Below, in pieces: positions 1 through 10,247 of a stretch of 64,000 nt of DNA. The notes below the pieces were generated by a model. It saw only the letters and a program-made list of their open reading frames with translations, made no database searches and had not been told where the DNA came from. Both the position numbers and the translations under genes were made by a program. Source of the stretch: Candidatus Nanoarchaeia archaeon (GTDB lineage Archaea; Nanobdellota; Nanobdellia; Woesearchaeales; WJIZ01); assembly GCA_028279765.1 (NCBI GenBank), contig JANQND010000009.1:65198-129197 (forward strand), given 5' to 3'. Each line of letters starts with the position of its first letter. Positions within the stretch are counted from its first letter, which is position 1.

Positions 1-616
1 TAGCTAGAGAAAGATTCTAGCTTTTGTTATGTAATGAGTTCTCAAAAAAGTATAGCTTTATAAATGAACGAAAAATAGTACTACTTTTAAGTAGAGATTA
101 ATTTCACAAATCAAAAAAATGTCACCTTCATGTTTTTTTACATCCTTTGTCATCAAACCCTGAATCTTGGTTTTTTGGCTTTTTGGCCCGAACTTGACTT
201 TTCAGCATTACGCTGAGAAGCACGGTGAACGTTGAAGATCCGCAAAAAGAAGTATTATCTCAAAATATGAACAGAGATGAAGATTTCGATTTTCAGGATT
301 TACTAGCGGAGGGCCATGAAAACACTTTTTTCAAGTGTTTTCAACAGCAGGAAAACAATGTTTTTTCTAGCTGCAGCTTTCTTCTTTTAATCTTATTCTT
401 TCTACATCTTTAAAATTATAGAAGGAATAAGTTGGAAATATGCGTCGCGAAATAAAAAGAACTAACGGGAGGCTCATAGTATGAACTAATGAATTCAAGT
501 AAGAGTAAGTAGTATTCTAGTTAGAAAGGTCAGTAGCTAAGACCTTTCACCTTTATCAGTTATGCAATGTAGCATAACATTAACCAGCGAAGTATTGGAA
601 ACGAAAGGAAACTATC

Positions 617-1969
617 ATGTCACAAGAAAAAATTATTACAAGGGGTCCAGAATTCTTCCCCAACATTCCAAGAATCAACTATGAAGGTTCGGACAGCAAA
701 AATCCTTTATCCTTCAAGTGGTACAACCCGGTTCAGAAGGTTGGCGGCAAAACCATGAAAGAACACCTGCGGTTTGCCATCTCCTATTGGCACACCATGC
801 AGGGAGAAGGCCGGGATATTTTTGGTAATCCCACGGTTGTGCGTCCTTGGAATACTGCATCTGATGCCAAGCAGCGTGCCGCAGATACTGCCAATGCCGC
901 TTTTGAATTCTTTACTAAAATTGATGCCGGATATTACTGCTTCCATGATGCGGATGTCATTGAAGAGGCAGGTAATCTGAGGGAATCCAATGAAAGAATT
1001 GATTTCATTGTTGGTATCTTGGAAGAACTGCAAACTGAAACCGGCATTAAATTGTTATGGAATACGACCAATCTTTTTTCAAACCCGCGATTCATGGCCG
1101 GTGCGGCGACCAATCCGGACGCCAGTGTCGTTGCTTACGCGGCAGCGAAAGTGAAAAAAATGCTCGAAGTCGGCAGCAAACTTGGCGCAGAAAATTATGT
1201 TTTCTGGGGTGGCCGCGAAGGCTACGAAACCCTGATGAACACCGATATGCAGCGCGAGCTTGACCACATGGCTAAGTTCCTCTTTGGTGCTGTTGATTAT
1301 GCAAAGAAGATTGGTTTCGATGCCCAGTTCCTGATTGAACCGAAAGCCATGGAGCCATCCAAGCATCAATATGACCACGATGCCGCGACCTGCTTAAATT
1401 TCCTGCGTGAGTATGGTCTGATGGATTATTTCAAACTGAACATCGAAGCGAACCACGCTACCTTGGCAGGCCACAGCTTTGAACATGAACTGACCGTCGC
1501 CTCCAATGCCGGTATGCTTGGCAGTGTCGATTCCAACCGCGGTGACGTTCTGCTCGGTTGGGACACCGATCAGTTTGCCATCGAATTTTATGATACCGCC
1601 CGTGCCATGATTGTCATCCTCAATCAGGGCGGCCTGGGCAGTGGTGGCTTGAACTTCGACGCGAAACTTCGCCGAGGTTCAACCGATTTGGAAGACCTGT
1701 TCATTGCCCACATCGGCAGTATGGATGCGTTTGCCGTGGGTCTTCTGGTTGCGGAAAAATATTTGGCCCGACACAAAGAAATCCTGGCTAACCGCTACAA
1801 TTCATTTGATAGCGGTATCGGCGAACAATTCGAATCCGACAATATTGATTTTGAAGCCTTTGAAAACCACGCACTGAATAATCCTGAACCTGTAACCATC
1901 AGCGGCAAGCAGGAATTGCTGGAAAATGAATTCAACGGTATCCTTAATGATGTGATGAAGGCAGCATAA
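617..1969 (+). CDS. xylA: Xylose isomerase (class II, ~450 aa)
   Basis: Full-length match to the xylose isomerase family, with FHD/WGGREG/EPKP-type conserved blocks (YYCFHDADV, FWGGREGY, LIEPKAMEP). The gene is visibly GC-richer than its neighbours. Confidence 0.9.
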   Translation: MSQEKIITRGPEFFPNIPRINYEGSDSKNPLSFKWYNPVQKVGGKTMKEHLRFAISYWHTMQGEGRDIFGNPTVVRPWNTASDAKQRAADTANAAFEFFTKIDAGYYCFHDADVIEEAGNLRESNERIDFIVGILEELQTETGIKLLWNTTNLFSNPRFMAGAATNPDASVVAYAAAKVKKMLEVGSKLGAENYVFWGGREGYETLMNTDMQRELDHMAKFLFGAVDYAKKIGFDAQFLIEPKAMEPSKHQYDHDAATCLNFLREYGLMDYFKLNIEANHATLAGHSFEHELTVASNAGMLGSVDSNRGDVLLGWDTDQFAIEFYDTARAMIVILNQGGLGSGGLNFDAKLRRGSTDLEDLFIAHIGSMDAFAVGLLVAEKYLARHKEILANRYNSFDSGIGEQFESDNIDFEAFENHALNNPEPVTISGKQELLENEFNGILNDVMKAA

Positions 1970-2054
1970 TGATCAAATGAATACAATAACACCACAAAGG
2001 GGAGGAAGCAATTCTTCTCCTTTTTTTCTTAAAAAACTCTAAACTAGCCATTAA

Positions 2055-2099
2055 GAAAACCCAAGCATTTTTTGTTTTGGGTTTTCTTTTTTTTCTTTA
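2055..2099 (+). terminator. Hairpin plus T-tract terminator downstream of xylA
   Basis: GAAAACCCAA...TTGGGTTTTC is a perfect 10-bp inverted repeat, followed by TTTTTTTTCTTT. Confidence 0.5.
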
Positions 2100-2177
2100 A
2101 TTAATTTCTATATAGAAAATATTTAACTAATAAATTAGTTCCTCCTCCAAAACCATTAAAAACCTCTCTCGTATACT

Positions 2178-4535
2178 TTGATCATGAAAGGGTTTATCGT
2201 CTATCCAACCTATCGCATTATTGATGGAAAAGCACAAGTGCTGTTATATGGCAGGCTGGAGAACGGAGAATCCTTTGTCACGATCAATGATTTCAAACCT
2301 TATTTCTGGATAAAACACACAGACAAAGTCAAAGCAGAAAAGATTCTCAAAGACCTACAAACACAAAATATTACTATTGAAGATGCAGACTTTAAGAACT
2401 TTGATCACGAACCCGTAAGCAAAGTAACCTTAACAATTCCTAAGGAAGTGCCGGAACTGCGAAAGCATTTTTTGGATAGTAACATTCCCTGCTATGAGGC
2501 AGATATTCGATTCTCTTATCGTTTCATGTTTGACCACGACATTCAAACCAGCATGAACATTGAAGGAGAATACACCAAGAGCTCTGATTTCTACGTTGAC
2601 AGGGTGTATGAAAACCCGGTACTCTCACCCGCCGAACTATGGCCGCAGCTCAAGATACTCTCATTCGATATTGAGACGGATCTGAAAAACAAAGAGCTCT
2701 ATAGTATTTCCCTCTATTCAGAGGATATTGAACTCGTTCTTCTCAAAAAAGAAGAGGGAGCGTACAACAAAGCAAGAATATTCAAAACAGAGAAAGAATT
2801 GTTGGAAGAATTCATCAATCAAATCAAATCTCTTGATCCTGATGTTATCATTGGATGGAATTGCATTGATTTCGATTTTAATTTTCTCAAAAAAAAGTGC
2901 AAAGAACACGATATTTTTTTCTCATTTGGCAGGACAAATCAGGAGTGTACACTGCGTTTAACCGATTCATTCTTTACTGATTCAAGCGCGAATGTTCCGG
3001 GAAGAGCTGTCATAGACGGCATCCATTTGATGAAAGTCTCCTTTGTCAGGCTGGAAGACTACAAGCTTAATACTGCTGCAAAAACCATTCTTGGAGAAGA
3101 AAAATTGCTGACTTCAACAGATCGGCATAAAGAAATCGAGGAGCTCTACCATGATGACCCCCAGAAGCTGGTTGACTACAATCTCAAAGATTCAGTATTA
3201 GTACGACAGCTTATTGATAAATCGAAAGTACTGGACTTATCGATCAGAAGAAGCCTGATCACCGGGATGCAGCTTGACCGTGTTAACGCAAGCATCGCAT
3301 CACTGGATTCTCTGTACCTGCGAAAACTCAAGGATAAAAAAATTGTAGCACCATCTGCAGCAAACAATGAGAGGGAAGAGCGTATCAAAGGAGGTTTTGT
3401 AATGGACTCCAAGCCAGGAGTCTATGATACCATTCTGGTTCTTGACTTTAAAAGCCTATACCCCAGTGTCATGAGAACCTTCAATATAGATCCCTATAGT
3501 TTTGTTCCCTATACCCGGTATAGGGATTTGCCAAAGCAGGACCAGGAAAAACTCATAATATCACCTAATCAGGCACACTTCAGAAATGAGCGCGGAATAC
3601 TGCCCCTTATCCTAGAAGAGCTGTCAGCAAAGCGCGATGAGGCAAAAAAACAAAAAGACGATTTAAGCAGCCAGGCAATAAAAATATTAATGAATTCTTT
3701 CTTTGGAGTTCTTGCCAATCCTAACTGCCGTTTTTACTCTGTGCAAATAGGAAATGCTATTACACAATTCGGACAATTTCTCAATAAGCTAACCGCAGAA
3801 AAAATACGGGAGCTAGGCCATGAAGTAATCTATGGAGATACCGATTCCATCTTCGTTCACATCGTCAATGATAAGGAAAAATATGAATCTATTGGAAAAG
3901 AGTTGCAGGATTATACCAATGAGTTCTATAAAGCTTACGTCAAAAAAAACTATCACAGAGAATCATTTCTGGAACTGGAGTTTGAAAAAACCTTCAGAAA
4001 ATTCCTCATGCCCAAAGTGAGGGGATCTGAAAAAGGAGCCAAGAAGCGATATGCAGGCATTCTCTCATCAAGCAAAAACGATGAGATTAGCGTTGTCGGG
4101 ATGGAAGTGGTAAGAAGAGACTGGACCGATGTTGCCAAGAAATTCCAGATGGAGCTGCTAAACATTATTTTTCACGATAAGCCGGTTGAAGAGTATGTAA
4201 AATCCTTTGTTACGGATTTGCAAAAAGGAAAAATGGATGATCTACTAGTTTATAAGAAAGCTATCAGAAAAGGTGTTTCCTCGTATACAAAAACAACACC
4301 TCCTCATGTCAAAGCCGCAAGAAAGCTGGGAAGGGAAGTTCCCGGCATTATTGAATATGTCATTACAACAGATGGCCCTGAACCGCTTGAAAAACAAACC
4401 GCAAAGCTGGACTATGACCACTATGTGGAAAAACAAATTAAGCCCATTGCAGACTCTATTCTCTCCTTTCAGGAAAAAAGCTTTGAGGACATTATAGCAA
4501 AGCAAAAACAAACTGATCTATTTAGCTTTGGTTAA
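2178..4535 (+). CDS. polB: Family B DNA polymerase
   Basis: Exo I FDIETD, Exo II DFDFNFL, Exo III YNLKDS, Pol motif A DFKSLYPSVM, Pol motif C YGDTDS. Confidence 0.9.
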   Translation: MIMKGFIVYPTYRIIDGKAQVLLYGRLENGESFVTINDFKPYFWIKHTDKVKAEKILKDLQTQNITIEDADFKNFDHEPVSKVTLTIPKEVPELRKHFLDSNIPCYEADIRFSYRFMFDHDIQTSMNIEGEYTKSSDFYVDRVYENPVLSPAELWPQLKILSFDIETDLKNKELYSISLYSEDIELVLLKKEEGAYNKARIFKTEKELLEEFINQIKSLDPDVIIGWNCIDFDFNFLKKKCKEHDIFFSFGRTNQECTLRLTDSFFTDSSANVPGRAVIDGIHLMKVSFVRLEDYKLNTAAKTILGEEKLLTSTDRHKEIEELYHDDPQKLVDYNLKDSVLVRQLIDKSKVLDLSIRRSLITGMQLDRVNASIASLDSLYLRKLKDKKIVAPSAANNEREERIKGGFVMDSKPGVYDTILVLDFKSLYPSVMRTFNIDPYSFVPYTRYRDLPKQDQEKLIISPNQAHFRNERGILPLILEELSAKRDEAKKQKDDLSSQAIKILMNSFFGVLANPNCRFYSVQIGNAITQFGQFLNKLTAEKIRELGHEVIYGDTDSIFVHIVNDKEKYESIGKELQDYTNEFYKAYVKKNYHRESFLELEFEKTFRKFLMPKVRGSEKGAKKRYAGILSSSKNDEISVVGMEVVRRDWTDVAKKFQMELLNIIFHDKPVEEYVKSFVTDLQKGKMDDLLVYKKAIRKGVSSYTKTTPPHVKAARKLGREVPGIIEYVITTDGPEPLEKQTAKLDYDHYVEKQIKPIADSILSFQEKSFEDIIAKQKQTDLFSFG

Positions 4536-5202
4536 GGATGATGACATTACCCTTGCTTTTCTTTATCTTGGTTATCATTTTCTTATGCTCTAGTTCAGTC
4601 AATACTAAACTTATCTTAGCCTCTGAAACCGGAAATTGCCTGCGAATCTCTTTTTGAGTAACCCTTCCTTCCTTTTCCTTGATGAAGGCTATAACCTCTG
4701 AACTCAGATCTTCTCCTATCTCCTCCTCAGTATTCACCACAGCCTTCTTATTCTTCTTTGTTGCAAGGACATGAAAAACAATAGCAATAACAAGCAATAT
4801 AATGAGGACATAAGGCCACCAAAGTATTGATCCGTTATCAAATTCAGGGATTTCAACATCAACTTGTTCAGTGAGCAAATCTTCCTCATCACTCAGATCT
4901 GCAGAGAGCAGAATATCAATCACAAACTCTCCCTCGCGCACTACGGTAATATTCTCTGAGGAAGAATAAGAATAATCCGCTTCATACACTGCGTTAATCT
5001 GATAAATGCCCAAAGGAACTTCAAAAGAAAATTCACCATTCTTTGCGACCATGGTTTGCTCCGGGACACTATTAATGGTTACTATAGCATTTCTGGCAAC
5101 AGAGAGATCAAGGTCATAGACTGTGCCATAGACCCGTGCAGCATACGAAATCGGAACAATGGATAATAAACAAAGAATAATGACTACGATACCTCTTTTC
5201 AT
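4522..5202 (-). CDS. Membrane-anchored regulator candidate: signal peptide, extracellular CarbopepD-regulatory-like beta-sandwich, one TM helix, cytoplasmic winged-HTH
   Basis: N-terminal hydrophobic signal sequence, a single hydrophobic TM segment (WWPYVLIILLVIAIVFHVLA), and a C-terminal block resembling a wHTH (VTQKEIRRQFPVSEAKISLVLTELEHKKMI). Confidence 0.4.
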   Translation of the reverse strand: MKRGIVVIILCLLSIVPISYAARVYGTVYDLDLSVARNAIVTINSVPEQTMVAKNGEFSFEVPLGIYQINAVYEADYSYSSSENITVVREGEFVIDILLSADLSDEEDLLTEQVDVEIPEFDNGSILWWPYVLIILLVIAIVFHVLATKKNKKAVVNTEEEIGEDLSSEVIAFIKEKEGRVTQKEIRRQFPVSEAKISLVLTELEHKKMITKIKKSKGNVIILNQS

Positions 5203-5386
5203 AGCAGGTACTTGAAGGGTATCATATAAAAAATTTGCTGTAGCTATAGGTTCTCCTTATTCTGGAAAATTAGGGAGAGATAAAGCACATGAAAGGATAA
5301 TTTGTTCTTATGTAAAGCCCAAAAAAAGCAGCTTTATAAAGGAAAATTTCGAATGAAAAGAAAAATCATATGTTGGAGGTTATACC

Positions 5387-6766
5387 ATGAAAAAAATAAT
5401 TTCATTATTGTTAATGAGTATCTTAGTCATGAGCCTTGTTCCTTTTGGGTTTGCTATGACTGATGAAGCAACAGATGCAGCAGCTACTGATTCTATACTG
5501 GATGCAGATCCGGTAGATGAGGGTACCAACACTGCAGAAAAAGACACCAGAGGAAAGCCTAAGATCCAGCCTAGAAAAGTTGTGAAGCGGGCAAGAACTG
5601 TCGCAAGGGATGTTCAGAAAGATGCAGCGTCTGACGATACAGTAGCGGATGGAGAAACAGACCGCAAGAAGCGTCCAGCAGTTAGAGCTGCGAAAACAAT
5701 TGACAAAAAAATGGACAAGCGGTCCGATTTGAGGAAAACGGTTGCTAAAAAAAGAACTATTGCAAAAGAGAGGCTTGAGAATGCCAGGGAGAGATTCAGC
5801 AACCTCAAAGAGCGAACCGCACAAGTAAAGGAAAGAGTAAAGCAAGCTCGTGAAAACTTTCAGGCTGCAAAAAGTCAATTGAGGGAGTGTGAATCAGACG
5901 AGTCTATTGATTGTGATGAAGTAAAGAGCAAGCTGCGGGATAATGCTAAAGAGCATATCATCAAAAGCGCAGAGCGCATGATTAATCATCTTGAGAAAAT
6001 AAAGGAAAAAACCTCTTCCTCTGAAAATGTTGAGGAGGATTGGGCAGATGAAATCGAATCAGATATTGATGGCATGATTTCAGACATCAATGGCATTATT
6101 GATGATGTAAATGCAGCAACAACAAAAGACGAGATCAAAGAAGCAGCAAAAGAACTACGGGAAATTTTCAAGAAGATCCAGCACAGGCACAAAGTACATG
6201 CAGCAAAAGTACTTGTAGGAAGATTTGAGCACGTTATCGGAAAACTATCAAATGTTGAAGAGCGGATTGAAACAGCTATTGATAATTTAGGCGATGATGT
6301 GGATACCTCTTCTGTAGAGAGCAAATTGAGTGAATTTTCTTCATTAGTTGATAGCGCTGGTGAAAAGGTTGAAGATGCAACAAATAAGCTCAAAGAAGCG
6401 CGCAATCTTGCAGGTGGAGACGATGCTGAGACCGTCAAGAGCCTGGTATCAGAAGCAAAAGAATTGCTTAGAGGAGCAAAAGGAGACATTAAAGATGCTC
6501 ATCAAAAACTTCGGGAAATCGTTAAGGAAATTCGGTCCTTGAACGGTTCCATCCCTCAGGAAGTAGAAACTGATGACACTGAAGAAGAATCTGATGGAAG
6601 TGAGTCAGAAGATGTAATTGAGGAGGAGGAAGAAGAGACTGAAGAAGAAGAGCAGCAAGATACTCAGCAAGAAGGAGAAGAGGAAGACACTGAGGAAGAA
6701 GAAGAACCTGAAGATGATGCAATTGAGGAAGAAGAGCTAGAAGGGGAAGATGTCGTGGAAGAGTAA
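5387..6766 (+). CDS. Secreted or anchored coiled-coil protein with a poly-acidic (E/D-rich) C-terminal tail
   Basis: N-terminal signal-like hydrophobic segment, long heptad-like charged helical region, terminal EEEEETEEEE runs. Confidence 0.4.
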   Translation: MKKIISLLLMSILVMSLVPFGFAMTDEATDAAATDSILDADPVDEGTNTAEKDTRGKPKIQPRKVVKRARTVARDVQKDAASDDTVADGETDRKKRPAVRAAKTIDKKMDKRSDLRKTVAKKRTIAKERLENARERFSNLKERTAQVKERVKQARENFQAAKSQLRECESDESIDCDEVKSKLRDNAKEHIIKSAERMINHLEKIKEKTSSSENVEEDWADEIESDIDGMISDINGIIDDVNAATTKDEIKEAAKELREIFKKIQHRHKVHAAKVLVGRFEHVIGKLSNVEERIETAIDNLGDDVDTSSVESKLSEFSSLVDSAGEKVEDATNKLKEARNLAGGDDAETVKSLVSEAKELLRGAKGDIKDAHQKLREIVKEIRSLNGSIPQEVETDDTEEESDGSESEDVIEEEEEETEEEEQQDTQQEGEEEDTEEEEEPEDDAIEEEELEGEDVVEE

Positions 6767-6849
6767 ATCCTTCCTTTTTTCTTTTATTCTTTGTGAGTGA
6801 AGTCAAAAGGTTTATATAGGAATTTCCTCTAGAAAATAACTGATAGAAA

Positions 6850-7119
6850 ATGAACACAAAAACAATCTTCATCGGAATATCTATTCTTCTTCTACTATTT
6901 ACAGGATGTGCAGGAAAACAGGGACAATCAACTGATACAGGAACTGCTGACCAACAGCCTGGTGCCTCGCAGCAACCAGCTGCAGACGCACAGGTAGATA
7001 AAGAAGAAGTCGTTGCAGAAGTAACCTCTGGAATTGATGATATTGATTCTCTTGATACTGATCTTGATGATTCAGAATTGGATTCCCTTGACGGTGAACT
7101 TGCAGAAATCGACTGGTAA
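6850..7119 (+). CDS. Small lipoprotein with acidic D/S/L repeat tail
   Basis: Signal peptide plus lipobox-like LFTGCAG. C-terminal DSLDTDLDDSELDSLDGE repeats. Confidence 0.35.
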   Translation: MNTKTIFIGISILLLLFTGCAGKQGQSTDTGTADQQPGASQQPAADAQVDKEEVVAEVTSGIDDIDSLDTDLDDSELDSLDGELAEIDW

Positions 7120-7145
7120 TCTCTTTTTTCTTATCCTTTTTTATC

Positions 7146-8129
7146 CTATTTCCAGGTAACTTCAATATCATCCGTTCTCTCATATGGTCGAACGTCTGAC
7201 TCCTCAAGAGCAGTGGTAACCCCGGTTTTATGCATGATAATTCCCAGCCAGGCAATCATTGCTGCATTATCTACATTGAATTGATTCTCTAAGATGTAGC
7301 ACTCTGCACCGCGCTCTTTGCACATTATTTTGCACATTTCCTGCAGTCTGCTATTACATGCAACGCCTCCTCCAAGCAATAATTCAGTTTTCCCTGTGTG
7401 TGCCATCGCCCGCTCGGTTGCCTCAACCAGCATCGCAAAAACGGTCTCCTGCAAACTGTAGCATAAATCTTCCTGGGAATATTTTCCTGACTGTAGTTTT
7501 TGTTTAGCGTTTGTAAGAATTCCTCCAAAGCTCGTATCCATTCCTTTTACTACATAGGGTAATTCGATATATTCCTTGCCTTTCTTTGCAAGTGCATCGA
7601 TCTTTGGACCGCCCGGAAAACCCAGTCCCATCTCACGGGCAAACGTATCCAGAAAATTTCCAATCCCTCCATCAAGAGTTTCTCCAAAGATTCGGTACTT
7701 TCCGCCATCATAGGCAATGATTTGAGTATTTGCCCCGGATGCGTATAACAAAACAGGATCTTTTGCCTTGGTACACATGCCGCCGATTTCCAGATGGGCA
7801 ATACAGTGATTAACACCTATGAGAGGAATATTGCCAAGAACAGAGAGCGACCGCGCTGCAAGCCCTCCAATCTTGAGGGTATGTCCAATTCCAGGACCCT
7901 GGGAGAATGAAATAAGATCGATATCAGATAGCTTTAACTTAGCTTCATCTAGTGCTTGCCTAATTACCCGATCAAAGCACTCCACATGGTGCTCTGCTGC
8001 CTGAGCTGGAACAATCCCTCCGGTTTCTGTCGTATAGACATCCCGCACATTTGCAAGCACTTTTTTCTTATCCGTTACAATTCCTACACCGAAAGTGTGG
8101 GCTGTTGATTCAATTCCTAGGCAGATCAT
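7146..8129 (-). CDS. kae1: KEOPS subunit Kae1 (tRNA t6A threonylcarbamoyltransferase)
   Basis: The N-terminus GIESTAHTFGVGIV and the overall length match archaeal and eukaryotic Kae1, not bacterial TsaD. Confidence 0.85.
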   Translation of the reverse strand: MICLGIESTAHTFGVGIVTDKKKVLANVRDVYTTETGGIVPAQAAEHHVECFDRVIRQALDEAKLKLSDIDLISFSQGPGIGHTLKIGGLAARSLSVLGNIPLIGVNHCIAHLEIGGMCTKAKDPVLLYASGANTQIIAYDGGKYRIFGETLDGGIGNFLDTFAREMGLGFPGGPKIDALAKKGKEYIELPYVVKGMDTSFGGILTNAKQKLQSGKYSQEDLCYSLQETVFAMLVEATERAMAHTGKTELLLGGGVACNSRLQEMCKIMCKERGAECYILENQFNVDNAAMIAWLGIIMHKTGVTTALEESDVRPYERTDDIEVTWK

Positions 8130-8148
8130 GTGCAGGTAGAATTAATAT

Positions 8149-9528
8149 TCATTTATAAATTCTGCTACATTCTGTAATAGTTGGCGCAAGGTTAGCAAAC
8201 TTTGCCTTATACTGATCAAATTTGTCCTTATCAATATTTACTCCAAATATCCAATAATTTTTCACCTTCTCAGCTCCTGTGAACATTCCTGCCTTATGCA
8301 GCTCGTTTCCTTTAAACGAATTCAAGAACTTCTCATAGAATTGAATGCTGGAGTTGTTATCTTCTGTTTTTGTTCGGCCCATGTACCCCTCAGGATAATC
8401 TAATGCTATTCGTTCCATTATTTGCGTTCCAAGACCGCTTCCTTGAATATCCGGATGGGTTGATAGTTTGCACATAATCTTAATACCATAAAAATCTCTC
8501 ATCACCGCACCGCTTGTCTTGCCCGCATCAACATAGATCTTATTAATTGGATGACTCTCATTTATACTATGACCTTTCCAATAATTCTCCATTAACTGTT
8601 CTCCTCTGTGTACAAATCCTTCATTGAAGAGGTTCGTAATATTTTCAATTCCATGATGCTTACTAAATGCCTCAGGTCTCGAATACGTTTGAATGATATA
8701 AGGCATTCGAATGATTGTACCTGCGCCATCTGTCAGCAGTTCTGCTACTAGGTTTTCAGCGGTAGTTATTTGAACGCTTCTTCCATATCCCATCTGTTCA
8801 AGTAATTGGTACGCTTCCAAGGCATTTAGTTTCATTCCGTCTTTAATGACGTTATCTGCAATAAGCTTATTTAGCGTTACTTTTGACCTAATTTCTGATA
8901 TTTTATCTCCTTTAGAATCTTTGATAGCAGTATCTCCAAGCAAAATAAGCTTATAGGCATCAAGGCTTTTTACCAAGTCAGCTGCAGCAGGTGTTGCATT
9001 AATATTATAGACTTGTCCCGTATTATCCTGACCTAAATGGCTAATAACGGGAACTTTCCCATCATGTATAGCATCAATGATTGGAGCGGTATCTACATGA
9101 AGAACATCGCCCACATAGCCAGTATTAATTCGCTCACCAGAGTCGTTTATTTCAACTCCGTGCGGAACGGTTCGAAAAACAGAAAAGGGCATGGCAACTG
9201 CTTCTATATTATTTTCTTGGAATGCATCTACAACATAATCCAGATTCTGCTTTGCTGCCGGGACCAATTCATCAAGTAAAGCCTCATTTGTAATTCTTAT
9301 TCCATTGACTTTTGATGAATTTTGAAAAGCAGGTAGTTTATCATATTGCGGTCCTCCTCCTATAACTAGTGGTAAAATGATATCATGCTCATTATCTAAC
9401 TCATTGAATCCTTCAACGATTGCAGATAGCCTATCTTGATTCACTAACTTTCCACTAGCTTTAACTACCCCTATCTGATGTGGTTCTGACTGATGAAATA
9501 AATTTTCCCAATAGGTATCAACTTTCAT
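8149..9528 (-). CDS. Amino-acid kinase domain fused to GNAT acetyltransferase (N-acetylglutamate synthase ArgA-like)
   Basis: AAK-family glycine-rich motif PLVIGGGPQ in the N-terminal half, GNAT-like C-terminal half. The start may be the M at residue 6. Confidence 0.45.
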   Translation of the reverse strand: MKVDTYWENLFHQSEPHQIGVVKASGKLVNQDRLSAIVEGFNELDNEHDIILPLVIGGGPQYDKLPAFQNSSKVNGIRITNEALLDELVPAAKQNLDYVVDAFQENNIEAVAMPFSVFRTVPHGVEINDSGERINTGYVGDVLHVDTAPIIDAIHDGKVPVISHLGQDNTGQVYNINATPAAADLVKSLDAYKLILLGDTAIKDSKGDKISEIRSKVTLNKLIADNVIKDGMKLNALEAYQLLEQMGYGRSVQITTAENLVAELLTDGAGTIIRMPYIIQTYSRPEAFSKHHGIENITNLFNEGFVHRGEQLMENYWKGHSINESHPINKIYVDAGKTSGAVMRDFYGIKIMCKLSTHPDIQGSGLGTQIMERIALDYPEGYMGRTKTEDNNSSIQFYEKFLNSFKGNELHKAGMFTGAEKVKNYWIFGVNIDKDKFDQYKAKFANLAPTITECSRIYK

Positions 9529-9612
9529 AAAAAAGAAAACCAATTTCTCTCTTTTAAGGCCTTGGACCTATATAAAACAAAAATAAACACCAATGTCCAA
9601 TATAGGACATTT

Positions 9613-10212
9613 CTAGAATATGATGATCTTTCCCTTGGGGCCGGGGTTAAAGACCAGACATCTTCCTACATTATCATCCTTACCAGCATTCTCGTGGATA
9701 TGACCGCAGAAACCGAATTCAACAGGATAATCCTTAACAAAGCGGGAAAATGATTTGCAGCCTACATGATCCCTATCGATCTCATCCAGTGCAGTATTGT
9801 GGAATGGTGCATGAACGATGAATAATTTTTTCTTATTGCCAAAAGATCGAAGTAAAGAATTGTTTTCTTTGGCCCAGGCCTCAAACTCCAAATCTTTCTG
9901 GGAGAATCCTCCACCTCCCCAACCCAATAACACAACCTCCTTGAACTCTCTAATCTTTCCATGCATGAATTCGACATTATCATAGTGCTCACAGAGATGA
10001 GCAACTTCTCTTTCATCTTCATGATTGCCATGTACTAAAAATACTCTTCCAAGCTTAGAAATCTCTTTCATCCATTTTTCTATGCGATCACCAAAAACAG
10101 TAAAATCCCCTGCACAAATAATAAAATCAGGTTTTTCTTTTTCCACCTTCTCTTTAAGGACATCCATAGCCTTTTTGTTCCCATGCAGGTCCACAAACGC
10201 TAAACATTTCAT
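9613..10212 (-). CDS. Calcineurin-like metallophosphoesterase
   Basis: DLHGN ... GDFTVFGD ... GNHEDE metallophosphatase motifs. Confidence 0.7.
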   Translation of the reverse strand: MKCLAFVDLHGNKKAMDVLKEKVEKEKPDFIICAGDFTVFGDRIEKWMKEISKLGRVFLVHGNHEDEREVAHLCEHYDNVEFMHGKIREFKEVVLLGWGGGGFSQKDLEFEAWAKENNSLLRSFGNKKKLFIVHAPFHNTALDEIDRDHVGCKSFSRFVKDYPVEFGFCGHIHENAGKDDNVGRCLVFNPGPKGKIIIF

Positions 10213-10247
10213 ACCATGACAGTTTATGGAGGTTATTTAAAGGTTTG

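Noticed and set aside
225-413. 62-aa ORF upstream of xylA
   Set aside because: No motif. AT-rich intergenic region. Likely a promoter or leader.
5423-5878. 151-aa antisense ORF within the coiled-coil protein gene
   Set aside because: Opposite strand of a charged, biased coding region. No features.
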